Below the pieces are notes generated by a model, which saw nothing but the letters and a program-made list of their open reading frames with translations, was not told where the DNA came from and ran no database searches. A stretch of DNA of 48,588 nucleotides from Trypethelium eluteriae (Eukaryota): positions 62,001 to 110,588 of the forward strand of contig JAVECL010000015.1 of the NCBI GenBank assembly GCA_051942245.1, read 5' to 3'. This document shows, piece by piece, positions 36,567 to 47,339 of this stretch. Position numbers and translations under genes: made by a program. Position 1 is the stretch's first letter, and each line of letters begins with the position of its first letter.

Positions 36567-38863
36567 ATGTGGAACGACGAGGATAACAATCCTTATGCCG
36601 CCTTCGAGCGTCGAGACTCCACCAACTCCGACGTAGCCTACCCAGGCTCACCCGGTGCTCGTCTGTTACTCATCCCTGGCTGGAAATTGGGATTGAGACT
36701 AATCAACCCTTCTAGGATTTCGACAGCCATCTACGCCACCCTCAGAAGATGAAGACACAAACCAAGATCCCCCAGAATTCCTCTCACGGCCCCGCGATCT
36801 CAGCGATGAGAGCCTTGAAGATGACCAACCGGCCCCGCAACAAGTGCCACCAAGGAAGGGTGGATACAATAGTCGAATAGAACAGATCCTATATGAGAAC
36901 CCTGATCTCCCCATTGAAATTACCTATGCAGGCAAGAACTTAGAGAGCGGGGGTAGTTACATAGCCTACACTATTCGGACCGGTGTATGTTCTCCTATGT
37001 AGGAGACTCTAGTCATACTGAATCACTGCAAAGGATCTTGAAGTACGGCGAAGATACTCAGAGTTCGCATCGCTACGGCAAACGTTAGTCAATCTACATC
37101 CAACGCTGATTATCCCACCTATACCGGAGAAGCATACGATGGCAGATTATGCTGCAAAGCCGACAAAGGCGAAGGAGGACACTGGAATCATCGAGCTTAG
37201 AAAACGAATGCTGGCAGTTTTTCTCAACCGATGCCGTAAAATGAGGCAGGTCCAAGAGGATGGCGTCTGGTTGAGGTTCCTCGACCCCAACGCAAGCTGG
37301 GTTCGTCTGACTACGTTCTGGAGTTCTAGAGCCAGCTAATCATCAGTGCCTCGCAGAGCGAAGTACTGCACTCTCATCCTGCATCCTCAATCCCAAAGAA
37401 CCCGCTCAAAGCGCCTCCACTCGATCCCGCCAATCCTACTCCAGCGCATGCCTTCCTTCCTGTTCCCTCCGCCTCGGCCAAACTTAAATCCTCAAATATC
37501 TCTTCTGCAAGCGGCACTCCCTCTTCGCCTCCTCCTGTTGCCTCTGCTCCCTCCTCAGCTGCTCACACTGTTCCCGGTCCGCAGATCTTCGGACGTTTTC
37601 CACCAGGCACCCAGACCCTTTCGGAGCAAGACCTAGACCCCTACTTCATCAACTTTGAGTCCTCTAGCCGCGACCTTGAACAGCTCCTCCAAGGCTCCAT
37701 GGAGAAAGTCAACCGCCGCTCCCTCTCACACCTTGCCGCTCTTAGCGAAGACCTTGCCGAACTCGGCATGCGCTTCAACGCATTCTCCCTCGCCGAGCAA
37801 GCTCCTTCACTCGCAACAGCGATCGAGAAAATGGGCCAAGCCGCTGACGCGACCTACATCGCCACCCGCGACCTCTCGTCGACGCTCTCTGCGCAGTTCG
37901 CTGAACCCATGCGCGAGAGTGCACAGTTCGCTGGCGTGGTAAGGAGTGTCTTGCGATATCGGGTCCTGAAGCGCGTGCAAGAGGAGATGACGAAGGACGA
38001 GCTAGAGAAGAAGCGCACTCTGCTGGATAACCTAGAGCGGAGCGAATTGGAGGCTAAGAGAATCGACCAGTATCTCGGCGCTACGACGCCGCAGACTCCG
38101 ACGCCCAAGCGCAGTCTCAGTACAGGGTCGACCCAGCACGGGACCCCCGAGCGTGGACGTCGCACGGGCGCGGGGAATGATGATCATGCTGATACAGCAA
38201 GTATAGATTCCGACTTCCCGCCTACGCAAGGCGACGGCGCGTACTCTGCATCGCCACCGTCAGCGAGCCAGGGATTACCCGTTAGAAGCGAGCCGAGTAG
38301 CCCGCAGGCGACGATGAAGAAGAGCCCTGCCGGCGGTAGTGGTGGAGGGAACTTCGTCACGAACAAGATTTTTGGGAGGATCAATCATGCGATACATGGG
38401 ATCGTGGATGTAGATCCGGAGAGGACAAGGCGGGACCAGATCGGGAAGACGAAAGAGAGCTTAGTGCAGGTATGTTGCTCAATACGTTGACCCTCTTATT
38501 ACTTGATCGGGGCTTTCTCGTTGTGTCAAAACGCTAACGGTTGCCTGAATTAAGCTTGAGCAAGCCCTCGAAGTGTCCGAGCGCGATGTCAAGGACGCAT
38601 CTTCCGGCGTGTTGGAGGATCTCAAGCGGTTCCAATCGGAGAAGGAGGAGGATTTGAAGCGGTATATGGTGAGTGGATTTTCCTGAGGCTCTCTGTGATC
38701 TATTACCATGCAGACCTGGATTACACTCCAAAATCTGGTTTTCAGACCTGCTGATACTATACACTAGGTCGCATATGCTCGCTGTCACGTCGACTGGGCG
38801 AGGAAAAACATGCAGACATGGGAGGAGGCAAGAGGACAAGTAGAAAACATCGAAATTAGATGA
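36567..38863 (+). CDS. SNX41: PX-BAR sorting nexin Snx41/Atg20 family
   Basis: MWNDEDNNPY.., GGYNSRIEQILYENP, PX domain (YIAYTI..VRRRYSEFASLR..HPTLIIPPIPEKH..RKRMLAVFLNR), BAR domain (ELGMRFNAFSL, FAEPMRESAQF, GIVDVDPERTRRDQIGKT); five introns; stop 38861-38863. Confidence 0.9.
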
Positions 38864-39184
38864 ATGAACGATCGGTATTTAGGATAAAGATCCTGGTGGT
38901 GCAGGTATGGCTGTATGAAAGCGCATGAAAGCGCATCCCAGCACAACGGGCAAATCTCAAACTTCTACAGTGGTAGCTAGCTGGCAGCTGAAATGTTGGC
39001 TAGCAGTGTGTGCCCTCATAAAGTTAATATTTCTGCCAGTGCTTGGGCTATGGAACGAAGTCTGGCTAGTAAAGCGCAGCAAATTAGATCACGCCCAACT
39101 ACTGCAAACGTCGTTCTAACAATGAAATGGGTATCTAGTATCTATGGATTGATATGCAAAAGTGTTAAGCATTAGACAGGTTGA

Positions 39185-40174
39185 TCAGCGCTCACTTTTG
39201 TTGTCATCGTACAAAGAGTCCACGGTCAGGAATACCGTGTTAACAAGCTTCATCGTTGCGGCATCGATGGCTTGCCCGCCAAAACGATGCTGGATTTTAT
39301 CGGGATGCCAGCGTACCCTCTCAGCTCTGAGAGTAGCACCCTTAGCAGACGAACCAAGGCTCAATAACGAGTTCCGAAAGAAGACATCGACCCCGTCTTT
39401 TGAGACGTGCTTGGCTTTGCCAGACTCCACGGGCCAAGGAATGATTGCCATTGCATCGATGCTCTTTTCTTTCTGCTGGTCCTCGAGCGCCTCCTTGGCC
39501 TCCACCCATTTCCTTTGGTACCGCTCCCACGCTTCCCTCCACCTCGACCCCTCCTCCTTCTCCCTCCTCCTCTTCAAGCTTCCTTCCACCTTCCTTCTGA
39601 ATATCTCTTCCTCTTCAATTTTCTTTCGTAACTCCTCTTCCTCCCCCCTGTCCCGCTCTCCTTCGTGCCTCTGCCGCTCTCTTTCCCTTGCCCTCCTCTC
39701 CCTTTCCTCCAACACATGCTGATGCGACCGCTCCCACATTTTCTCTCGTACATAGCTTGCGTACTCCTCGTCACCTACTGCTCCACCGTATATATTCTCC
39801 GCCTCAGCTCGGGGATAGGTGTGGATAGGCTGGCCGTAGATATGCGACCAATAGTCTGCGCCTTCGTCGTCAGCGAGGGCATCGAAAAGTGCCTCGCGGA
39901 AGGCTTCATCCTTATCGGGAATGGAATCATCTTGGGGGAAGTGGGTTGGAGAGGGCGCCGAGGGTTTGCGACGCTTGGAACGGTGCCGGTGGTGTGAAGA
40001 GTGGTGGTCGTGATGCCCGGCTTTACGATTTCTGGAATGGCGATGGATTTCGAAGCGCGAACGACTGGAATGTCTTTGAGAAGGAAGGTCATCGTCATGG
40101 AGGTCATCTGGACGTGGCCGTTTGAAGCGGAAAGGCTTGGCTTTGGCGTCTGGGGCGAGGGTTGTATCGCTCAT
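39185..40174 (-). CDS. Conserved fungal protein with NFKBIL1-like C-terminus
   Basis: 329-aa ORF: AFREALFDALADDEGADYWSHIYGQPIHTY, EEYASYVREKMWE, coiled coil, IPWPV, LRAERVRWHPDK. Confidence 0.8.
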   Translation of the reverse strand: MSDTTLAPDAKAKPFRFKRPRPDDLHDDDLPSQRHSSRSRFEIHRHSRNRKAGHHDHHSSHHRHRSKRRKPSAPSPTHFPQDDSIPDKDEAFREALFDALADDEGADYWSHIYGQPIHTYPRAEAENIYGGAVGDEEYASYVREKMWERSHQHVLEERERRARERERQRHEGERDRGEEEELRKKIEEEEIFRRKVEGSLKRRREKEEGSRWREAWERYQRKWVEAKEALEDQQKEKSIDAMAIIPWPVESGKAKHVSKDGVDVFFRNSLLSLGSSAKGATLRAERVRWHPDKIQHRFGGQAIDAATMKLVNTVFLTVDSLYDDNKSER

Positions 40175-40411
40175 GAGTATGGTGGGTGTTTGAAGGTACA
40201 GTGCTTCGCTGATGTTCCTTGTGAGCTGGAAAGATATCCAGGGTATAATGGACCATTGCTTTTCGTTTTGCCATTCAGATCTTGATTGTCATGAGCAAAG
40301 GAAGGTACGGTAAGTTTGACCGATGCAACGAGAGTGCTTAAAGTCAGTTACCAACGTCACTTATCGATAACAACGATTACGTAATTCTCACAGTCGAAAT
40401 GCAACACCCTC

Positions 40412-40662
40412 TACGTCCCACTAGAGGGTGTCCGTTTTTGACACGGACCACTACCCCCCAAAACCTCTCATCTCAACATTTGGTGGTTCAATATTTACTT
40501 ATTTGGCCATTCAGCCTGCGAAAATCGTGCAGACTTTTACAGCAGCTATTGCACAGATATTTAATCTACTTCTTATTCACTCACTACTTCTATTAATGCT
40601 CAGGTTGTCGTTATTTTTTATTGGTCCGTATGTCAAAATCGGACACCTTCTAGTCGGACGTA
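40412..40662. mobile_element. ~250-bp Tc1/mariner (Fot1/pogo-like) MITE flanked by TA
   Basis: Left 40409-40450 CTCTACGTCCCACTAGAGGGTGTCCGTTTTTGACACGGACCA versus reverse complement of 40622-40665 CTCTACGTCCGACTAGAAGGTGTCCGATTTTGACATACGGACCA (3 mismatches, 2-bp indel). TA at 40412-13 and 40661-62; AT-rich interior. Confidence 0.8.
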
Positions 40663-40967
40663 GAGACACCTACGGTACCTACGGAGTATTACCGTACCCT
40701 ACAACCTTTTGTCATGGCACTTTGAGTCTCAATCTTCGCAATACGGGAAAATGTAGCCCACAGCCCGGTCACCGTCTTCATAGAAGGTGTAGAGGTGTGG
40801 CGACAAACTGAGTCTTTACAACTAAGCATTGTAAATCTTCAGAGAAGCATGTCAAATGACTTTAAGCGTGGGTGTGTTTCACCAATTTGACTTTCTTTCT
40901 CGCTCAGTTCACATTTGTGTTTCTCGTTCATATCCCAAATGCATACCGTCACTTCTTCAATGTCCAT

Positions 40968-42046
40968 TTAAATACTCGTCTTCCCGCTCAGAGCTCTCTT
41001 CAATTCCGCAGCTGCCATACGAATTGCAACCTGCGCCGTCGGGCTTGTCCGAAGCCCCTCCAATACTATACAATCGTGCAAACACGCTTCCATCCTGATC
41101 ATTGCGCACTCCACGCCAGACTGCTGCAATAATTTTGCAAACTCCAGGCCCTCACTCCTCAACGGATCCACATCACTCACCGCGATCAATGTCGGTGGCT
41201 GGCTTGCCGCTTGCTCCTTGCTCATCAATAGAGGTGAAGCTAATGATGACAATCGATCCTTGGCCTCAGGTACATACAGTGCAATCCATTTCTGTGCTGC
41301 GCGCGTGTCGAAAAACGGTCCGGTGAAGTTCTCGAATTCCGACCTCGTTGGGTGTGTCGCGTCACTCGTATCAACCCAGGGGCAGAAGAGTACCTGATAA
41401 GCAAAGTTGACCTTGAGCTCGCGCGCGTGGGCAAGGTTCACCATCACAGGGCTAAGCTGTCCCCCAGCGGTATCAGCAACGAGACCGAAAGCGTCAGTGC
41501 GGAGACCGTGAGAGGCGCCGTGCTGTGAGAAATACTGGATGATAGTGAAACACTGCTCGTTTTGGACGGGAAACTGGGCGTCAGGGGCGAGAGTGTATTC
41601 AGGAAAGACTAAGGCGCAACCGGACAAGAGGGTGAGTTGGCGACACAAGCTGTCGAAGCTCTGGACACTAAAAAGTTGGCATTAGTATGTTGATGACTCG
41701 GAAGATATGCAGTATGTCAGCTTCGAGGTACACACTTTCCAGCAATCCATCCACCGCCATGCAGGTAGAATACAGCCGGAAGCTCTTCGTGCTCTTTACC
41801 CTCAGGCTTGAATACGTATGCTTTGACATTTTCAATACTGTACTGGTTGAATGGCACATCGAAGTTCGTTACAGACACACCCGGAATGGGCTTGTGCTCT
41901 TGGAGCTGGTCAAAGAGCTTGCGGAACTGAGCCACGGAAAGATCTTCAAATTGTGGTGCACCGGAATCAGTAGTCTGCTTGAGAAATGCTTGATTGACAG
42001 GATCAAGATACGGGGCTGCGGGTGTGTCGTTGAAGTCGGACATCAT
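40968..42046 (-). CDS. HSL/GDXG-family alpha/beta-hydrolase (esterase-like) with atypical nucleophile motif ADTAGG
   Basis: FYLHGGGWIAG, intron 41735-41668 in frame, PEYTLAPDAQFP, VADTAGG, QVLFCPWVD, ASPLL, PPTLI..DPLRSEG, LHD. Confidence 0.88.
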
Positions 42047-42913
42047 GAATCGGATCTGCTGTAGGGGAAGTTATGAAGGTGGAAGAGGCGAGTGGAGAGA
42101 GATCAGAATATATGGCATAGCACTGAAGTGGACAATGGTAGATCTTGGGCTATTACGTAGCTGATTGAAAGGAACATCTTACACTCGCGTGCAGGCGATC
42201 CTTACAGGAAGAAGTCAGCAAGCTGATATTCAATGCCACGCCACCGCGTTCCTTGGAGGCTGCGGCTGGAACTACTAAATCTAAAGCTCCGTCAAGCACT
42301 CGAGCTGCAGTATTTGAACAATTGTCCGAGCAGGGCTGTAGTGATCTAAAATCTTAAGGCTCACCGGATTTCATGATTCGTCTTGGACTTAGCATGGTTT
42401 ATTGAACGACAGACTTTAATGTTTAGGGCTATGATTTGAAGGCGTGTACCGTTTGGGACATTGCTCGATATGGATGATCCAACAAACAGCTTGGCAAGTG
42501 GACCAAGCACACTGAGTGCGCATTTGAACGAATAAATTTCACACTAAAAGATATTGTAGTTATCGGATAAAATGAAGAATATCATTTATCGTACCACTCT
42601 ATGGAAGACGGCGCAAAACTCAAGGGGGGCGCGGCGATGCCTCTCAACGTAACGGCAGTCCGCTCTTGGTCATGACATTCTTGAGCACTATTGCTGCACG
42701 GTGGCATCAGCATCAAAAATAATGACAATGACTTGTTACGGCAGCGTCCAACATGAGAGATTTGGTGGGGCGAGGGGAAAGGTCTGAGTGCTGTGCCGTA
42801 AAGGGCTGCTGAAGTGGTAATCGGCAGCGCTTACATAATCCATCTCGAAAGTGCATCAGATTGACTTCGCTTCTGTTTTCGAGCAATAAGAACGCGGCAT
42901 CCACAATTCTATC

Positions 42914-44146
42914 ATGACCTCGCTTAAACTTGGTCTCAATCTCCCTAACAAGAACAAGCTTGGATCCTCAAAGCCCGCTCCAGCCAAGAGAAAGCCCATA
43001 TTTGGCGACGATGATCCTGACGACGATAACCCCTCTGCCCCACAAGCAGCAACCAACATCGAAGAACTCAACACATTCGACTCCCTCACCTCGCAAACAG
43101 CGCAGTCTCCCCCCTCATCATCCCCGAGATTAGAACGTCCATCCAGCCAAGCCCCTTCAAAGCCACCGTCGTCCAAGCTCACGCAAACTCCATCCGCCCC
43201 CTCTCTTTCCGCCCTCCGCACCCAGCGCCAGCACGAAAAGGAAGCTCTCGACCTCGATCCCAGCATCTTCGACTATGATGCTGCCCACGACGCCCTCAGT
43301 GCCCAACGCAAAGCCCGGGCCGCCGCCAAGGAGGCCGCGCGGGGTTCCGACAACGGCCCTCGCTACATGTCGTCCATCCTCACCGCCGCCGGAGTACGTA
43401 AACGGGACCAGACGCGCGCCAAGGAGCGACTGCTACAGCGGGAACGGGAAGCCGAGGGAGATGAGTTCGCGGACAAGGAAGAGTTTGTGACCGAGGCTTA
43501 TCGGAAGCAACAGGAGGAGTTGAAGAAGGCGGAGGAGGAGGAGTTGAAGAGGGAGGAGGAGGCGAGGAGAAATGCGGCGAAGGGGGTGGGGACTGGGATG
43601 CAGGGGTTTTATCGGGAGATGATGAGGAGGGAGGAGGTTGAGGAGAGGGAGGCGGAGGAGGCGATTAGGAAGGCAGAGAAGGGTGATGAGGATGAAGAGG
43701 AAGCTTGGGAGGTGCAGGAGAAAGAGAGGCTGAGGCAAATAAGGGAAGCGGGTGGGAATGTGATGTTGGATGAGGAGGGTCAAGTAGCGGATAAACGCCA
43801 GCTGCTGTCTGCCGGGTTGAATGTTGCGCCAAGTAAGAAGAGCAAGTTACCGAAACCTGGTGAAATGGAGAAGAAGACTATGGCAGGGTCCCAGGCACCA
43901 ATGGTTCGCGATAGGCAAGATGCGAAGAGGGCTATGAAAGAACGGCAAAGCAGGATGGTCGAAGCGCAACTTGAGCAGGCTGCCAAAAGGGCAGCCGACG
44001 AAGAAGATGAGGAGAGGAAGAAGATGGAGCGGGCAGCGAAGAGTAGGAAGACGGAAGGGGAGATAAGCGACGCAAAGGCGAGATATGTGCAACGGAAGAA
44101 AGAGAGGGAGATGGAGGCTGCTGTTGCTGCAGAGGGCAAGAAATAA
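42914..44146 (+). CDS. NSRP1/CCDC55-like coiled-coil nuclear speckle protein (DUF2040)
   Basis: LDPSIFDYDA, PRYMSSIL..RKRD..ERLLQREREAEGDEFADKEEFVTEAYRKQ, GQVADKRQLLSAGLN, DAKARYVQRK. Confidence 0.85.
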   Translation: MTSLKLGLNLPNKNKLGSSKPAPAKRKPIFGDDDPDDDNPSAPQAATNIEELNTFDSLTSQTAQSPPSSSPRLERPSSQAPSKPPSSKLTQTPSAPSLSALRTQRQHEKEALDLDPSIFDYDAAHDALSAQRKARAAAKEAARGSDNGPRYMSSILTAAGVRKRDQTRAKERLLQREREAEGDEFADKEEFVTEAYRKQQEELKKAEEEELKREEEARRNAAKGVGTGMQGFYREMMRREEVEEREAEEAIRKAEKGDEDEEEAWEVQEKERLRQIREAGGNVMLDEEGQVADKRQLLSAGLNVAPSKKSKLPKPGEMEKKTMAGSQAPMVRDRQDAKRAMKERQSRMVEAQLEQAAKRAADEEDEERKKMERAAKSRKTEGEISDAKARYVQRKKEREMEAAVAAEGKK

Positions 44147-45249
44147 CAATCCACCTTGGGCTGTGCATGTCTCAGCACTCCATATTTGCTCTTCCAAGGG
44201 CCTTGAGGGGTACTGTACATTGCTGGGACAGGCCAAAGCCGCGGTCTAGCTCAGGCGTTTCTGGATCATATATACCCATCAAACCATGCATGTATTTCTG
44301 TCCACCACCCATCCCCTTAATTTCCAAGGCTTTTCCATCTTTACCGCGGGCTAGGATCAGGACGGCAGCTATTGTTCTTCACTCAATGACGCAGCTGTAT
44401 CAATTCAAGCCCAAGAGCAAACCCGGAGCTGCCACAGTTGCGCTCTGGCTCGGAGCCGCCTTCTTCATCGCTTGCTCCTTCGATGTCAGTGCTGGAGTAG
44501 ATATGGGATGCGGTTCACATTCCTCAACGACGTCTGGATTGGGGTTCGTAGCATTGGTCTTGCGAGAAGGACAATCAATCCATTCACCAAAGAATCGGTC
44601 AGTCCTGATTGTTCTGTATAATTTCTGTTTCACGCCTCATTTGTCAACCAACTGACGAGTTCCTTTGTAAATACTTCCAATACATTTCTGCCTAAGATCC
44701 TATGATCATCATATATTTAGAAAAAGAATTATGCTTCAGTCGAAACCTCCATCTAAATCTTTTGCTTTATTCCTACCGTACAACCAATATTCACATTCGA
44801 TTATTGAATGAGAGCTCTGCATATCTATTTTAATATCTCATGTCCTCAATCTGCAGAATTGACTCTCTGAACGGTACTTTTCTCCTTCTCTCGCTTCAAC
44901 TCAGCATTCAAAATGCCACACCGACTGAGGATTGGGAGGGCCAATCTCCCAGACTCTGAATCAAGTCTCTACCAGCTGCTCCCGGTAGCACGAAAAGTGA
45001 GACAGGTTCGACAGGAGAAGTAGAGACCACGTATAGGAGTGTGGGCGAAGACGGGCAAGAGCAGGAAGAACTTTAAGAAGAATCTAGTCCAGCAAGCGAA
45101 GGTACTAGCATTCCGCAGTAGTCATCTTGTGATGGCTGTGCGTGCCTTTCTCTCATTGTATCAAATTTGTGCGCGATCTCGCTGAGACATCACCATTGAA
45201 CTATATGCCATAGAAGTACTGCAAGAGAATTGGCAGGCTTTTGTGCAGA

Positions 45250-46114
45250 AGGATCTCGACTGTAAGTGCAGTACGTGAAGCGAGACCTACGTCTTCATGC
45301 TTGAAAGCCTCCTAAGGAAAATTAATCATGAATGAGGCAAATACCGTCTTTCCAACGCCGGGAATTCCACAATACCATACTCTAGAGTCTGACCTGCAGT
45401 CCGTAGCACAATTTTTAAGCTCTACTTGTTCGAAGAGCTCGTTGTTGAGGCCATCCTGACGCCCTTCCACATTGAATATCTCAGTTTGTCTATTTCCTGT
45501 TTCGTTGATAAGGGGCATTTGCGAGTCGAACTGTCGAAGTGACCTTGTAGTAGCCGTATCAAATCCTTTACGGTAAGGTCTGCAATCTCCATTTTTATCT
45601 CTTCGGCTACAATATGAGTACTGACAATGTCTTGCTGTATCATCTCTGTCATATTGGCCGTTATTGAAGAGGCATGGACCTGCAGCGTTTGGACGGTATT
45701 GCTGAGGGTTTCGCGTAGGTCATCACACTTGTATTTTAGTTTCTTTAGTGTCTTCTCTTTGAATAGATAGAGAGACTTGCGGAGTCGAGCTCCTAAGCCC
45801 GCTATACCACCGTCCTTTCTTGTCTCATGGTTGATCTTATCTAGCCTAATACGTAAGTCATCGATCCCATTCCTAAATTCATTGGCCGATCGATCCAAGT
45901 TCCGCACAAGAGCCCTGTGCAGCTTCGGCAACTCCAAGGCACTGTTTATCCAATTAAGATAGTGACTCAGCGAATTCAGGTAGTGTAGTAGATCTGCGAC
46001 ATCTTTTGCAGCTTCCCGGCAGCTGCTTTCGAAATCATGGAGACCCTTACATACTGTGAGACCTAGAGAGAGCAGACCAGCTATACTTGATGCAGTCCCC
46101 AGAACTTCTGCCAT
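45250..46114 (-). pseudogene. Decayed fungal NLR: HeLo-like/fungal STAND N-terminal domain followed by a broken NACHT
   Basis: MAEVLGTASSIAGLLSLGLTVCKGL.. (HeLo-like N-terminus), frameshift near 45520-45560 into ..RQTEIF..WYCGIPGVGKT (Walker A), TAG at 45314-45312, then EAFKHEDVGLA and degenerate sequence. Confidence 0.75.
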
Positions 46115-47339
46115 CACGAGTCGAACCACGTTGCTAGTATGTCCAGGTACTGTAAGACGGGTATTCCGAAGCCTGCTCTGAGTGCTGGTGCTATTCGCTG
46201 CTAAGCCACTGGCGTTAGGCGTCTAAATCGTCTTCATGTGAGCATCATCTTAATCAGACCTCCCCGGCACAATCATCGCTCGATGTGAAAGAGCTCTTGA
46301 CAGCGTGGCGAGTCCAGGGTATGGACAGAGTTCATTGAAGTCGGTCTCTCGAATATGCGTGTTTGAGACATGAAGTTTGCGTACACGGGCACGACTGAGT
46401 GGCGAACGGCATAATCCTTAAGCGCCAAATCCCAGCAAGCTCGAGCTTCCAAAGTCTAAGACGGAGTACGAAGTGCAGACGTCACAGTTCACAGATTAAC
46501 ATAGGTCCAGAGTAATAGTGACATTGCAATTAGACTCTGCCCGTTGAAACCTCCTTCCACCCCGGAATGCCCTAGTCCATCGGCCAGATTATGGATATAC
46601 TGGTCTCTCCGACGGATTGAGCCGAGCCCCCACTCTAGGGGATAAAATCATAATCGCCCTTCGTATAGACGACTCCCCGTGCCGCTTTCCTGCGGACTCA
46701 ACCAGTTTTCAAGACTTGCGAGTCTTAGGTCGCCCCCGAAAACCCTGGACACTATTTACTAGGCTAAGCCATCCCTATAGAGCCATCGACTGTCAATCAT
46801 GAACTGCCGCTCTTTGAGGGTTCAGGGCGATTTTAAGGGGGCGTTGCGGTGGACTGGTGAGCTCGGAATTCGAGATGTGGATGGAGCTCTTGCCCCTCCT
46901 GCCTCCATTGCTACTGCACAGAAACCTGCACCACGTGTGCCGCGCGTAGCCCGCGCATCATACCTAGTAGGTACCCACCCCTTAGGTAACTAGTCGAAGT
47001 GTTCGCCATGCCAGCCTGCAGTTTGTGTGTTCCCGGTGTGGAGATAGATTTTCTCCAATGCAATGACGGCACGTGCAAGTGGTCGGGGTCGTGGAAGGTC
47101 CCGAGACCCGATGCACATTTAAAGTGCGCGGTAGGCCTTAGGTGTCTTAGGTGATGGTGCTACAAGGGTTGCGCGCCGGCAAATAAGGGCATTTTTGTGG
47201 GGGTCAAGTCAGGAGGCACATGCTGACCAACTTTGTCCAAGGTTTAGAAAATTTGATGCCTCAAACAACAGTACCAGAAACTTGGAAAAAAATAGTAAAT
47301 GATATTTGTGCTCAGGCTCCTACGCTAACGCTATCTACA

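Noticed and set aside
40690..40800. Weak inverted similarity ACCCTACAACCTTTT / TAGAAGGTGTAGAGGT next to the MITE
   Set aside because: Short and mismatched; cannot support a second element.
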